Source of the DNA: Octopus vulgaris
Lineage: Eukaryota
Direction of reading: 5' to 3'
Length of the DNA: 64,000 bases
Assembly (NCBI GenBank): GCA_951406725.2
Contig: OX597819.1
Location: 129,332,001 to 129,396,000 of the forward strand
Part shown: positions 27,699 through 40,380 of the stretch, one piece after another
How the letters are laid out: each line of letters opens with the position of its first letter
Position numbering within the stretch: the first letter of the stretch is position 1
Notes under the pieces: model-generated
Told to the model about the DNA's origin: nothing
The model's database searches: none
The model's input: only the letters and a program-made list of their open reading frames with translations
Translations under genes and position numbers: made by a program

Positions 27699-28949
27699 TT
27701 AATTTCTCTGTGTCAGTATGTTCGGATGGTTGAGTCTGGGTTTGTACTTTTCAATGAAGAATGTTTCCTTGTTCAGTCTCATTTGTGTTGATGATCCGAA
27801 AGCACATTGGTAAAATGGGAAGATTAAAAATTGTGGCAGTAGTTGCTTTGCGCATTTCTCAATGTGCTCACTAAAAGGTATCATTCTATATTCTGGGAAT
27901 GCAATCTGTTGTCGATGCAGTGTGCATCTGCGCCTGAGTGATAGTCCCGTGGAACCCACGTAGTCTTGGTGGCAGCCCGAGCATTTAATAACATAAATTA
28001 TGTTTTCAGAGGCACAAGTAAAGTTAGATTTGATCTTAAATTTCTGTCCCTCTTTAAAGAAGAATTCTGATCCTTCCAATAGGTTAGGACATGTTGCACA
28101 GTTCGATCTACCACATTTTTTTACTTTTGCATCCGTAATTTTAGAAGACAATTTTGCCTTTGTGAGAATCTTTTTAAGTGATTTAGGCTGTTTGTAGCTT
28201 TTAATGATTTGGTGTATGTTTAGAATTTCCTTTAATTTTGGGTTTTTATGAAGTATTGGTAAATTCTGGGTGATGATGGTGAAGGCTTCTTTGTTTCTGG
28301 GGTTGTATGTAGATATGTAAGGTAGTATTTTCGGGGAAGGTGTGTTGTTGTGTTGAACTTTTCTTAAAGTTTCTATGTTGATTTCTGTTGCACGTCTGAT
28401 CCCATCCTCTATGAGTTGAGCTGGGTAATGTCTGTCAATTAGGGTGTTTTTGAGTTCTTGCAGTCTAAAGTTCCCGGTATTTTGTTCTGACACTATTGTG
28501 CATATCCTTCTTGCAAGGTTGAAGGGGATGTTTGTTTTAGTGTGTCTTGGGTGGCATGAATTAAAAAGAAGGTATTGTTTGGCGTCTGTGGCTTTGTAAA
28601 AAATGTCTGTTTCTATTTTAAGGTTAATTTTTTTAATTAGTATATCCAAGAACGGGAGCTCCTTTTGGTTGTATTCCATTGTGAACTGTATATTTGGGTT
28701 TATGCTGTTCAATAGGTTTTTAAATTTTAGGAGTTTATCTATGTTTTCATTCCAGAGAATGAAACAATCGTCTAGGAATCGTTTCCAATTCTCTTTTATG
28801 TATTGAGAGAGGGAGTTTCCAAAGATTGATAGAGATTCCTGGTAAATGATTATTTCCATGTATCCCATTGTTAAGTTCGCAATGACTGGTGCTGCCCTTG
28901 TACCCATAGCAATTCCGGATTTTTGACGGTAAAATGTATTGTCAAACAT
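27699..28949 (-). CDS. Penelope-like reverse transcriptase / GIY-YIG endonuclease (C-terminal 416 aa, uninterrupted)
   Basis: [32 protein letters not shown], then C..C..C and NIIYVIKC..C...YVGSTG..LRRR..LH. Confidence 0.9.
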   Translation of the reverse strand: MFDNTFYRQKSGIAMGTRAAPVIANLTMGYMEIIIYQESLSIFGNSLSQYIKENWKRFLDDCFILWNENIDKLLKFKNLLNSINPNIQFTMEYNQKELPFLDILIKKINLKIETDIFYKATDAKQYLLFNSCHPRHTKTNIPFNLARRICTIVSEQNTGNFRLQELKNTLIDRHYPAQLIEDGIRRATEINIETLRKVQHNNTPSPKILPYISTYNPRNKEAFTIITQNLPILHKNPKLKEILNIHQIIKSYKQPKSLKKILTKAKLSSKITDAKVKKCGRSNCATCPNLLEGSEFFFKEGQKFKIKSNFTCASENIIYVIKCSGCHQDYVGSTGLSLRRRCTLHRQQIAFPEYRMIPFSEHIEKCAKQLLPQFLIFPFYQCAFGSSTQMRLNKETFFIEKYKPRLNHPNILTQRN

Positions 28950-29165
28950 GAAGTGGTTATTGTGTAGGATGAATTCAACTGATTTAGTAATGAATTCCTT
29001 ACTGATCCCTTTTGGTATTTCTTCCGGAAATTGGTTAGCCAGTTGCTTAGCCAGATATAATACCTGTACATCATCTCCAAACCTTCTAATATATGTATAT
29101 ATAGGTAGGTATGTATGTATGTATATATATGTATATATATATGTATATATATATGTGTATGTATA

Positions 29166-29258
<93 letters not shown>

Positions 29259-29519
29259 GTATGTATATATATATATATATGTATGTATATTTATGTATGT
29301 ATTTATGAATATGTATATATATATATATATATGTATGTGTATATATATATTTATGTATATATATATATGTATGCATATGTATGTATATGTATGTACCTAT
29401 GTATATATATATTTATATGTATGTATATATGTATGTATATATATGTATATATATGTATGTATGTATATATGTATACATATATGTATATATGTGTGTGTGT
29501 GTATTGTGTGTGTGTGTGT

Positions 29520-32125
29520 AAAAGACAAAAAAGAGTAAAAAAACTACAGAATGCTTGTGTTATATGGTTAAAGAATATATTTAAATCGTTATGTTAGAAA
29601 AATGTTATGAAATTTTGCATATAGTAACATTGTTTTAGGAGAAATAACCGGTTTCGTATTTTCTTTTCAAATTTCTCAAATTTCTTTACCTATATTGTGT
29701 CATGTCTTCGCTATGTTGTGAAATATGGAGTTCCAGGCAGGAATAGGTAATCAATGATTTTTTCCGGTATAAGGGAGATAATCAAAAATGTTGGGAATGA
29801 CTAGGTTTTATTAATTTTACAGGATTTGGTTTAGAAGGAATAGAATGTTACAAGTGGTTAGGTTTTGCTTTATATTTTTGTCAACGAGGTAAATTTCCTT
29901 ATTCAAAAATTTTAGAAATGGTTAAGTTTTGGCTTATATTTTTCAATGAAGAAGGTTTCCTTATTTAATCTAACTCGTGTTGGTGTTCCAATGGCACATT
30001 GATAGAATGGAAAGATTACAAATTGTGGTAGCAGTTGCTTTGCGCATTTATCAATATGTTCACTAAAGGGTACCATTTTGTATTCTGGGAATGCAATCTG
30101 CTGTCGATGCAGAGTGCATCTGCGTCTGAGCGATAATCCAGTGGACCTATGTAGTTTTGGTGGCAACCCAAGCATCTTATAATATAAATCAGGTTTTCTG
30201 AAGCACAAGTAAAGTCAGATTTGATTTTAAATTTTTGATCCTCTTTGAAAAGGTATTCTGATCCTTCTAAAAGTTTTGGGCATGTTGTGCAATTTGGTTG
30301 ATCACATTTTTTCACCTTTGCATCTGTTATTTTAGAAAATAAGTTTGCTTTTGTGAGGATCTTTTTTAGTGATTTCGGTTGTTTGTAGCTTTTAATGATC
30401 TTGTGTGTGCGTAAAATCTCCTTTAATTTGGGGTCCTTATGTAGCATAGGTAAATTTTGGGTGAAGGCTTCTTTGTTTCTGGGGATGTGTGTGGATATGT
30501 ACGGCAGTATTTTTGGGGAAGGTGTGTTGCTGTGTTGAACTTTTCTTAATGTTTCTATGTCGATTTGTGTTGCATGTCTGATTCCATCCTCTGTTAGTTG
30601 AACTGGGTAGTGTCTGTCAATTATGGTGTTTTTGAGTTCTTGCAGTCTAAAGTCTCTGGTGTTTTTTTTCTAACACTATTGTGCATATATGTCAGTTTCT
30701 ATTTTTAGGTTTATTTTTTTAATTAGTATATCCAAGAATGGGAGCTCCTTTTGGTTGTACTCCATTGTGAACTCTATATTTGGGTTGACGCTGTTCAATA
30801 GTCTTTTGAATTTCAGGAGTTTATCTGTGTTTTCATTCCAGAGGATGAAACAGTCGTCTAGGAATCTTTTCCAATTTTCTTTTATGTATTGGGAAAGGGG
30901 GTTTCCAAAGGTAGATAAAGATTCCTGCTGGTATATTATTACCTCCAGGTAGCCCATTGTTAGGTTTGAAATGACTGGTGCTGCCCTAGTACCCATAACA
31001 ATTCCGGATTTTTGTCGGTAAAACGTTTTGTCGAACATGAAGCGGTTATTTCGTAGGATGAATTCAACCGATTTAGTTATGAATTCTTTACTGATCCGGA
31101 AATTGGTCCAGCCAGAACTGAAATGCCTCTAGTCCATAATTATGAGGTATACTGGTATATAAATTAACTACATCAAATGAGACCATGATTGTTTCTTCCG
31201 TAACTTTTTTTGGAAAGGGATTTAACATATCCAAGTCACCTCTGATGTGGCTATTGATGTGTTTAAGGAAGGGTTTCAGGAGGATGCCCATAAATAGACT
31301 GTTTCACAGGCTGGGCCAGCTACAATGGAATGTAGTTTTAGGTCCCCCGGGTTTGGTGTATGTATGTACGTCTTTGGTGATTTTTTAATGGATTCAGTTA
31401 CAATCTGGCTTTTGTGTATTTTTGGTAGACCATAGAAAGAGCTAGGTTTGCATTTAAAGTTTGTTAGAAAGTCAATTTCTTTGGTTGTCAGTTCTTTTCC
31501 ATGGTTTTAATTAGTGAGGACAGAGTTTTCATTATTTTATGTGGGGTGTAGTTTGTGATTTTTCGTAATGTTGACTGTCATTAAGCATGGATATTACTAG
31601 ATTTCTATAGTATAATATGTCCATTATTACCACCGCACTTCCTTTATATGCTTCCTTAATTGTTATATCTTCATCATTTTGAAGTTCTGTTAGTTCCTTC
31701 CATTGTGTAGTGCTAAAGTTTGAGTTAACTGTCTGTTTATGCATCGTGTGGTAGGGAAAGTTCTCAATGTGGTTGCAGAATTCATCAAGATTTTTATTTC
31801 TTCCTTTGTGGGGAATGTATTCACTTTTGTTTTTGACTAGTGAGTCATTTTCAGTATTGGAATTGGGTAATGCTTCTGTGAGTCTTAATTTTCTACAGAA
31901 TTCTATTATACTGTCCTTCACCTCATTTTGGTTGGCTCTGCATTGAGTTGGGATGAATTTATCCCTTTTGAGAGGATGCCTATTTTTATGTTTGAAAGGG
32001 GTTTAGTTGAAAGGTTAATTATCTATTATCTTCGGTTTTCCTGATCACCAGGTTCCAATCTGTGTCCTGGTGTCTCTGGTCTGGGGCTAAAAAATGTTGG
32101 TTGCAATTTTGTTTGCATGAGCTGT
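29520..32125 (-). mobile_element. Penelope-like retroelement copy 2 (longer, frameshifted)
   Basis: ORF pieces 31532-31921 (IKEAYKGSAVVIMD), 31088-31291 (SFDVVNLYTSIP), 30676-31038 (RFLDDCF) and 29912-30447 (GIY-YIG), homologous to copy 1. Confidence 0.92.
29639..29677 (-). ncRNA. Minimal hammerhead ribozyme fold, U3-A8 core variant (copy 2)
   Basis: Minus strand gagaaat-TTGAAAA-g(aaaata)c-GAAA-ccgg-T-T-atttctc. Stem II is reduced to 1 bp. Confidence 0.6.
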
Positions 32126-32157
32126 CTATACATATATATATATCATATATATACAAA

Positions 32158-32222
32158 TGGCGGTGCCCCAGCATGGTCACAGCTCGTGAGCTGAAACTAG
32201 ATAAAATAAAAATAAAATAAAA
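32158..32222 (+). mobile_element. Isolated LINE 3' tail (same family as 45310-45596)
   Basis: tggcggtgccccagcatggtcacagctcgtgagctgaaactaga(taaaa)n. Confidence 0.7.
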
Positions 32223-32418
32223 TATATATATTCATATATATACATATATATATTCATATATATACATATATATATATATTCATATATATACATATATACA
32301 TATATATATTCATATATATACATATCGATATGTATATAATATATATACATATATACATACATATACATATATATATATATGTATATATACATATACATAT
32401 ATGTATATATACAAATAC

Positions 32419-32449
<31 letters not shown>

Positions 32450-33104
32450 TGTATGTATGTGTGTATGTATGTATGTATGTATGTATGTGTGTGTGTATGT
32501 ATGGGAGAATGTATGTATGTATGTATGTATGTATGTATGTTTGTATGTATGTATGTATGTATGCATGCATGCATGCATGTGTGTATGTATGTATGTAAGT
32601 ATGTATGTAGGCTTGAAACTCATCATTTTTCATTTCTTCATCCTAAATAAATCTCTGCTCTTTTGACCAGTTGGGTCAGTTCAGCTTTAACGTCACTCAA
32701 CCAGTATTATAACACCCGACGTGACATGGTTATCTCCCTGTATGATTTTCAGCCATGGTCTAGCTTCGATTACCTCCCTTAATCTTGTTTATGCACGACT
32801 CGCACAGTTTTCATGCAGAAGGAGTCCCCAAACTTTTTAGACGAGTGGATCTCAACCTTTTCCTGGCCATCACCCCCTAAACCCTATTTTTGACGTAAGC
32901 TAATTGATAATCGCCCACCAAAAAATGATGACAAATATTAAATATGATATAATTACGACTAATCAACACAAAAAAATGTCGTACATGTAAATGCAAAACC
33001 AAAACGAATTGAAATAAAACTTTATTTTAGATTGTGGAAGGTGTTTGTAAGTCTTTTAAGAAACACACAAAAACCGTTAGATTCACTTCAACATTTAAAT
33101 TTAA

Positions 33105-33155
33105 TTTGTCAAAATATTTTCGTCGCTTTGAAACCGCGACCTGTTCGCTGACAAA
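33105..33155 (-). ncRNA. Minimal hammerhead-like fold with a G3-C8 core in a ~130-bp insertion (33031-33161)
   Basis: Minus strand tttgtca-GCGAACA-g-gtcgc(ggtttcaaa)gcgac-GAAA-atat-T-T-tgacaaa. Position 4 is C instead of U. Confidence 0.55.
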
Positions 33156-34251
33156 ACTTCGTGAGCGCTGAAATTGGTGATGTTCCGCTAAAAAGTTCTC
33201 GGTCAGGCTTAATGCTACTCAAACAAATACGAATATCTCCATGTGAAATAATGTCGAATCTGTTTCATTCCTTCTGCAAAAGGTGATGGCCAGTACGAAA
33301 TCCAGCTTCCACAAGATAAGATGTCGGGAACCTCAGACAATCTTAATTTGAAATTCATCATTACATTACATCTCGATGGTTTCCTCCTGGATATTTCCGT
33401 ATGCCCTGTGAAGATCACAATCGAATGGGTCAATCCATCCATGGCTGAATAGTGGAGTTAAACAAATCGGCAAATCTGGTTTCTGAATCATTTTCCAAGG
33501 CTGACAGATGGTCGCAATAAATACCTCTGTCATTTTCACATCAGTCGATTTCCGCTAGTTTGCGCATATCATGAAACTGTCTTAGTTTTAAGTTAACTTG
33601 AAAAAGACTGAGTTTTTTCTACAAAAGCTCTCATCACCCGTTGACAGTCTTTCAGCGTTATCATTTTCCCCTGCAGCAGAAGAGAGACCTCGTTCAGCTT
33701 TATGAAAATCCAACTAAGATAGCGTATGTTCTTCTTTTGAGCTTGAATTTCGGCGGCTAAGTCTGAGTATCCTTCTGTTCGTAAGAATGCAACTATTGCA
33801 CTAAGTAAGTTTACAAAACTTTCCAAGCCGTTGTCTTTGGATATCCAACGGACATGGGTTTGCTAAAGAAGACTTACATATTGTTCATCAGCATCGACAC
33901 AAAATTTTCGAAAGTGAGGGTCACATTTGCTGTTAGATTTAATTTTGTTTATTGTTTTTATAACAGTGTTCACTGATTGATTTAGAATAGGGCTTATATT
34001 TTTGGCCACGAGGTTATGCCTGTGTAGCACATAGTGTATAACTGGAATTTTTTAATGAGAGATAAATCGTTTGTGTCTCCCAAACATAGACACTGCACCA
34101 TCAGTAGCACATGATAAGTTTTCATAATGTGGAATTTCTTTTTCTTCAAAAAACGTTCTCACTGCAGAAAATATAGAAGGGTCCGTTGTGTCAGTCTCCA
34201 ACAGTTTTACAAATAATAAATCTTTTAATAATGCAGTTTCTATCAAAATAT

Positions 34252-34320
34252 CGTACATATCCCATTAAAAGGGCCTTATTGTCATATTAACAATAAGGCC
34301 CTTTTAATGGGATATGTACG
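34252..34320. repeat. Perfect 31-bp inverted repeat (7-nt loop) inside the hAT transposase
   Basis: cgtacatatcccattaaaagggccttattgt / acaataaggcccttttaatgggatatgtacg. Confidence 0.95.
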
Positions 34321-35459
34321 TGCTTTCGTCAGTTTGAATAGAAAAATTCGTTGTTTTCAATCTTTGAATTAGCACGTCTTCGATATGACCTGACATTTCA
34401 TCAATTCTCCTGCGGATAGAATCATTACTCAAAAGTAGAGCTTTAATGATAGGTGAAGGATCTTGATTCATAACTTCTGATATTACTGCTTCTAATGCGA
34501 ACAGAATGATCTTTTCAGCTACCGTATGGGCACTACCTGTTTTGGTAATAATTTCTGAAATTGTGTAGGAAGCAATCAGTCCACCGTCATTAATTTTTGC
34601 CTGTTTCTTAAATAATGATTTAACAGTATTCCGATTTTCAAAATCAGTTTTCAATCCCTCAAAATATTTGATAGGCTTACCGACTTTTTCAAATTGTCTT
34701 CTCATGTGATCATAAAATCGAGAGGGTTTCATAGTTTCATTGGACAAAGATTGATGACACATGAGACGAAAGGGCTGCTTTGAGTCTGTAGAGTTCTGGA
34801 TAAAACCATATTGTAAGTACTCATCGATATACTGTCGACACTTCTTTTTCGCCGAGCCTGTCATAAAAAGTGGGTGAGAACGAATGCAGATTCGTAAACA
34901 CTAAACTGACTATCATAGCTGAGCCCGACGGTTAAGAGAGAGAACGTCAAATTCAGGCGAAGCAACTCGTAGCAGTTGTCAACATTTTGTATGTAGTGAA
35001 GAATTAAGTGTACCTATAACAAATTAAGTCCAGTGAATAAATTATTTTTAATTATGGATCGGTTCACGTATTTGTTTACTTTAAAGACACACACATTCCA
35101 TTTGCATCTGTTTTCCATGATACACACCTAACCACTACATATTCAATAGGACACGCAGTCCGACAGCCAGTGTCATAGCAACAAGGGTAAGAAGTCCAGT
35201 GATGAATGAATGATTATAAATCGATGAACTAAATCCTGGAAGATAATGCACTTATTGAGGCGCATTGGTTCTGTATTTGAATGAAGGAAAAAAGTTGGTT
35301 TTAAGGCTTGACCGTAGTTATTGAGGAGAGCCCTTGTCATGCACTGGATGTGTGATTGCCTGTTGTGAATACAGTCGCCGATCGAAGACTGCATTCATCG
35401 CCCTCACTCCACCGCACCACTAAATTTGATTTTCGCCCCTGCTTGAGAACCAGTTTTTG

Positions 35460-35620
35460 ACCATCGACCCCAGTGCGTAACTGGTCCTTAATTTATCGAC
35501 CCCGAAAGGATGAAAGGCGAAGTCGACCTCGGCGGAATTTGAACTCAGAACGTAGCGGCAGACGAAATACGGCTAAGCATTTCATTCGGCACGGTAACAA
35601 TTCTACCGGCTCACCGCCTT
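35460..35620 (-). mobile_element. SINE family A (further copies ~36204-36420 +, 37120-37305 +, 38500-38712 -, 40585-40698 -, 40857-41052 -)
   Basis: Reverse complement of the 18055 copy core (tcgaccccgaaaggatgaaaggc.aagtcgacctcggcggaatttgaactcag). Confidence 0.85.
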
Positions 35621-36695
35621 TCTCCATTCCTTATAATGACGCAGCTGTATCGAGTCAACACCACCTACTCACCAAAAGGTTAAAGTCCGGGTAGGTGGGT
35701 GGGAGCTGTTTGTTGTTTTATTTCTTTCTTTCTTTTTTTTTTTGAAGGAGTGTCAGTGGAAAGGAATCCAAGCCCTCTTTAATTTTAAATACCTACTCAA
35801 AACAGAGAGCAGTTATAAGCCGTGCATAATTAATGATTGTTTCCTTCTCTGGAGAGGAAATCCAGTCATAATTTATTCAGAACCTGGAGCAGCTGAGTGT
35901 CTGATGAAAAGAAAAACGATTCAAACCGTGCACTTTTTACACGATATTCCTACGCCACAATCGCAGACGACCAACCGAGGCTTATAACAGAAAAGAAAAT
36001 CACATAGCCAAACAGAACTGGCATCTCGGTTTCGATTCCTGGCTAAAACCAATTCACTTAAAGTTTATCTATTTTTGCGGGGGTCATTAACGTGTCAAAA
36101 AATATGAGGAAAAGGAACAATATTAGCTGATAATTAATATTATTTTAATTACTTCGGTAACTAGGAAAAACAATTCGTTTCAGTATTGGGATCTCATCAA
36201 TGCAGCGAGCTGGAAGAATCGTTACCGTGCCGGACAAAATTCTAAGTGGCATTTCTTCCGACAGATACGTTCTGAGTTCAAATGCCACCGGGGGTCGACT
36301 TTGCCTTTCATCCTTTCGTTGTCGATAAAATAAATACCAATTTAGCACCGGGATCGACGTAATCGACTTACCCACTACTCTGAAATTGCTGGCCCTGTGC
36401 CAAAAATTGGAAGCCAATATTGGGACCCCGTCAGCGAACCCTTTACTTCACCGTACTTACGCAAGTTGTGGTACGAGAAGCATGAAGTAAATGATAGGGG
36501 ACTACGCATTCGTTTAAGCAGAAAAATAGAATTGTTCACAGAACACAAAGCAGAAATGTCATCTGCTGTGACCAGAATATTACCAAACATGCCCAGAATT
36601 TCCATAATTATTTTTCTTGTCTCTTAATACTCCATACATTAACTAATATTTGATTAATTCACATCTCGGTTATATATTCTTTAAACACAGATATA

Positions 36696-37065
36696 GGCGC
36701 AAGAGTGGCCGTGTGGTAAGTAGCTTGCTTACCAACCACATGGTTCCGGATTCAGTCCCACTGCATGAGACCTTGGGCAAGTGTCGACCAAAGCCTTGTG
36801 AGTGGATTTGGTAGACGAAAACTGAAAGAAGCCCGTCGTATATATGTATGTGTGTGTGTGTGTGTGTGTGAGTGTTTGTCCCCCAACATCGCTTAACAAT
36901 TGATGATGGCGTGTTTACGTCCCCGTAACTTAGTGGTTCGGCAAAAGGTGACCGATAGAATAAGTACTAGGCTTCCAAAGAATAAGTCCAGGGGTCGATT
37001 TGCCCGTCTAAAGGCGGTGCTCCAGCATAGCCGCAGTCAAATGACTGAAGCAAGTAAAAGAGGAA
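36696..37065 (+). mobile_element. SINE family B (tRNA head, CORE-like accttgggcaagt, internal microsatellite)
   Basis: aggcgcaagagtggccgtgtggtaag...accttgggcaagtgtc...ggcggtgctccagcat...gactgaagcaagtaaaagag. Confidence 0.85.
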
Positions 37066-37488
37066 AGAGTATATCGTGTGACTGTGGTAAAGATTACAAC
37101 TTATCATTTCTCTATCTTAAGCTGACAGAATTGCTAGCACGCCGGGCAAAATGATTAGCGACGTTTTTTCGTTCTGTGTCCAAATGCCGTTCATCCTTTT
37201 GGTGGGGTCAATAACATAAATACCAGTAGAGCACTGGAGTGAATGTATTCCACTTACCCTCCCTCGAAATTACTGGCCCTGGGCCGAAATTTGAAGACAT
37301 TATTTCTCTCTCTTAATGTAGTCAAAGGGTTTGTTTTTTTTCTTTTTTCAGTCTATTACTACGCACACGCACTATTTCACAGCAAGAATCTTGCAGAAAA
37401 AATGTTTTAAAACTCTATAATTCAGGTAATATTGTATCAAATGATGCAAAACAATAGGCATTTACAATTAGTGCTCATGTTGACTTAA

Positions 37489-37895
37489 TAATAATAATAA
37501 TAATTGTGTACAGTGCTCAGGTGCACTACAACTCATCTAAAGTCTATATATCTGTCCAGTAAAGAGTAAAAAGGATTATATTTGTATTTTTAAGGGAGAC
37601 TATTTGTGTAATTTTTAAGTGCGCTGTCACTTGTGATCCCGTTTGTGTTCTAGTTATACACACACACACGCGACGGTTATCAGGTCAGAATAGTGTATAT
37701 ATTTATGTATTGACAAAACTTGAGAGTAGAAAAGATGTAGTTTAGTCATCTTGCTCAGAACATTGACCTCCTGGAATCTTTCCAGAGACATGCAACCATC
37801 CTTTAAGGCCCTCATGCTTCCCGAAATCCGTCGAAACTACACCTGATTATATATACACTTTAGATGAGTTGTAGTGCACCTGAGCACTGTACACA

Positions 37896-37928
<33 letters not shown>

Positions 37929-38330
37929 ATCAGGTGTAGTTTCGGCGGATTTCGGAAAGCATGAGGGCCTTAAAGGATGCAGTGTCATGGCAGTCAACAA
38001 CTGACGCAGGCAGTTTATTCCATGCTTCAGCAACTCTGAGCGTGAAGAAATGTTTCCGAAAGTCATGGGAGCCGTGTTGTTTTCTGACTTTGTAGGCATG
38101 TCCACGTGTGTTAGACACATGGAGATCAAAAAGGTGTTCAGTGTTGTTGTTGGTGAGGTGGTTGATAACTTTGTGGGTGTTTACCAAGTCCGTCGCCAGA
38201 CGCCGGAGCTTCAGTGAATCCATGCCCAGGGAAACAAGGCGCTCAGAATATGGTAGGTGTCTGATGGAGGGTATGCGTTTGGTTGCACGTCTCTGGACAG
38301 ATTCCAGGAGGTCAATGTTCTGAGCAAGAT
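37489..38330 (-). mobile_element. CR1-group LINE 3' fragment split by an inverted local duplication
   Basis: ORF 37930-38223 LRRLATDL...TRGH...RKHFFTLRVAEAWNKLP. The (tta)n tail is displaced to 37489-37552. Confidence 0.85.
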
Positions 38331-39292
38331 GACTAAACTACATCTTTTCTACTCTCAAGTTTTGTCAATACATAAATATATACACTATTCTGACCTGATA
38401 ACCGTCGCGTGTGTGTGTGTATAACTAGAACACAAACGGGATCACAAGTGACAGCGCACTTAAAAATTACACAAAGAGTCTCCCTTAAAAATACAAATAT
38501 AATCCTTTCTACTCTAGGCACAAGGCCTGAGATTTTGGGGGAGGGAGCCTGTCGATTAGATCGACGCCAGTACGCAACTGGTACTTCACTTATCGACCCC
38601 GAAAGTATGAAAGGCAAAGTCGACCTCTGCGGAATTTGAACTCAGAACGGAGCGACGGGCGAAATACCGCGAAGCATTTCGTCCAGCGCGGTAACGATTC
38701 TGCCAGCTAGCTTATTAGTTATTTCTATATTGTTATACTTAAGGATGGTCGTATTTTACTAATTAAATACACGCACACTATACTTAATTGGCAAATTCTG
38801 ACCATCCCCAAGCATAACAATATCCACTTCAACACACGATTTCACATCTTGAGAAACAAATCCATAAACGTAACATCGGTTATCTCCCTTGTGCTTTAAG
38901 AAGCCAAAAAAAAACTGGCCTTTGAATTGTCGTTGATGTTCATCACTCAATTTATTCTGATTGGGAATATGAAGGTACCTGGGGAGTTTTTTTCGTCAAA
39001 ACTTTTTTAAGACAATTCATCTCAAACTATTTTTTCTCAATGTTTCCTCACCCTCCAACATATATTTCCTTCTTTTATTTAAAAAAAAAAAGAAAACAAA
39101 ACAAAAACACAGGCGTGTGATTGCAATGGAAAATACAGTATTTGTTCCAATCTTGGAAGTCATATTTTGAGGTTGATGAAATAAAGGACCAACCGATTAC
39201 TGAGGCCGATATAAAAGACAATATTTCACCCAAATTTCAATCTTTATGCCTATGCCAGAAACAATCATTTAACATTCACTTTTTGATTGCCT

Positions 39293-39714
39293 TGACTGGC
39301 ACCTGTGCCGGTGAAACATGAGCTGCCGTGCTTGAGGAGACCTATTGAGTCAAGTACATCCAACATCAAAATGAATATCAAATCGAATTGTTGTGATACC
39401 TGTGCCAGTGGCACGTAAAAAAGCACCAATCCGATTGTGGTCGTTGCTAGCCTCGCCTGGCACCTGTGTCGGAGGCACGTAAAAAACACCATCCGAACGT
39501 GGCCGATGCCAGCGCCGTCTTGACTGGCTTCTGTGCCGGTGGCACGTAAACAGCACCCGCTACACTCATGGAGTGGTTGGCGTTAGGAAGGGCATCCAGC
39601 TGTAGAAACACTGCCAGATCAGACTGGAGCCTGGTGTAGCCTCCTGGCTTCCCAGACCCTGGACGAACCGTCCGACCCATGCTAGCACGGAAAACGGACG
39701 TTAAACTATGATGA
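39293..39714 (+). mobile_element. RTE LINE 3' UTR copy (ggcacgtaaaaagcacc array family)
   Basis: Matches 49780-50234. Confidence 0.85.
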
Positions 39715-40000
39715 TTTTCCATGTTCATATCGGGTAAAACGGAATTCATAGAGGTAGTTTCAACGACAGGATGCCCTTCCTATTGCCAACCCTCGCATGC
39801 TTCCAAACAAGGCAATACTTCCGATAACCAAACATGCTTTCCACAGTAGACTGGAAACAAACAAAATCGCTTACATGGCAGTAATGCTTATTTGCAACAT
39901 CACACGTCAACGGTGCACACACACATACATCGCATTCGCTGTTCTTTCAGTTTCCATTAACAAAATCCACTCACAAAGCTTTGGTTGGCCCAACGATATA

Positions 40001-40380
40001 CACTACCGTCAGAAATTAATTAGCACCCTTGATTTGCTCTTCACTCAAGGTATGTGCTGTTACCTAGTGGCCATATCTCGAACTATTGCTTTGTTGCGAG
40101 TTCACTGTTGCGCAGAACGATGACGTAACTTTGTTTGCAGAGCAGTTTGAGAGTCTACAGCCTTATGATGTTGACATAGCAGTGCAACAACAACTTGGAG
40201 TGCGGATGCAGACAAATCTTCCTTTGTTTAATAGATATAGGTAGCGCCTCGCAAGGACCGAAATCACACCATACTAAGTTTTCTCATCGCGTAAGACGTT
40301 TTGAACAGCTCATAGGTTAATTGATTTAATCTATTTAATGTAGAAATTTGAGAAGTGCTAATTAATTTCTGACGCAAGTG
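40001..40380. mobile_element. 380-bp Tc1/mariner-type MITE nested in a minus-strand SINE B
   Basis: TIRs cactaccgtcagaaattaattagcac / gtgctaattaatttctgacgcaagtg, with TA on both sides. Confidence 0.85.

Larger units (their letters stand above)
27386..29087 (-). mobile_element. Penelope-like retroelement copy 1 (5'-truncated)
   Basis: RT + GIY-YIG ORF and a 3' region with a hammerhead fold, embedded in TA microsatellites. Confidence 0.92.
32843..35455 (-). mobile_element. Decayed hAT element (Charlie/Buster, ZBED5/SCAND3-like transposase ~34864-33162)
   Basis: RQYIDEYLQYGF, LSNETMKPS, LSNDSIRRRIDEMS, FSIQTDEST, SCATDGA and KLNEVSLLLQG. TIR-like agtggatctcaacc / gcttgagaaccag. Confidence 0.85.
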
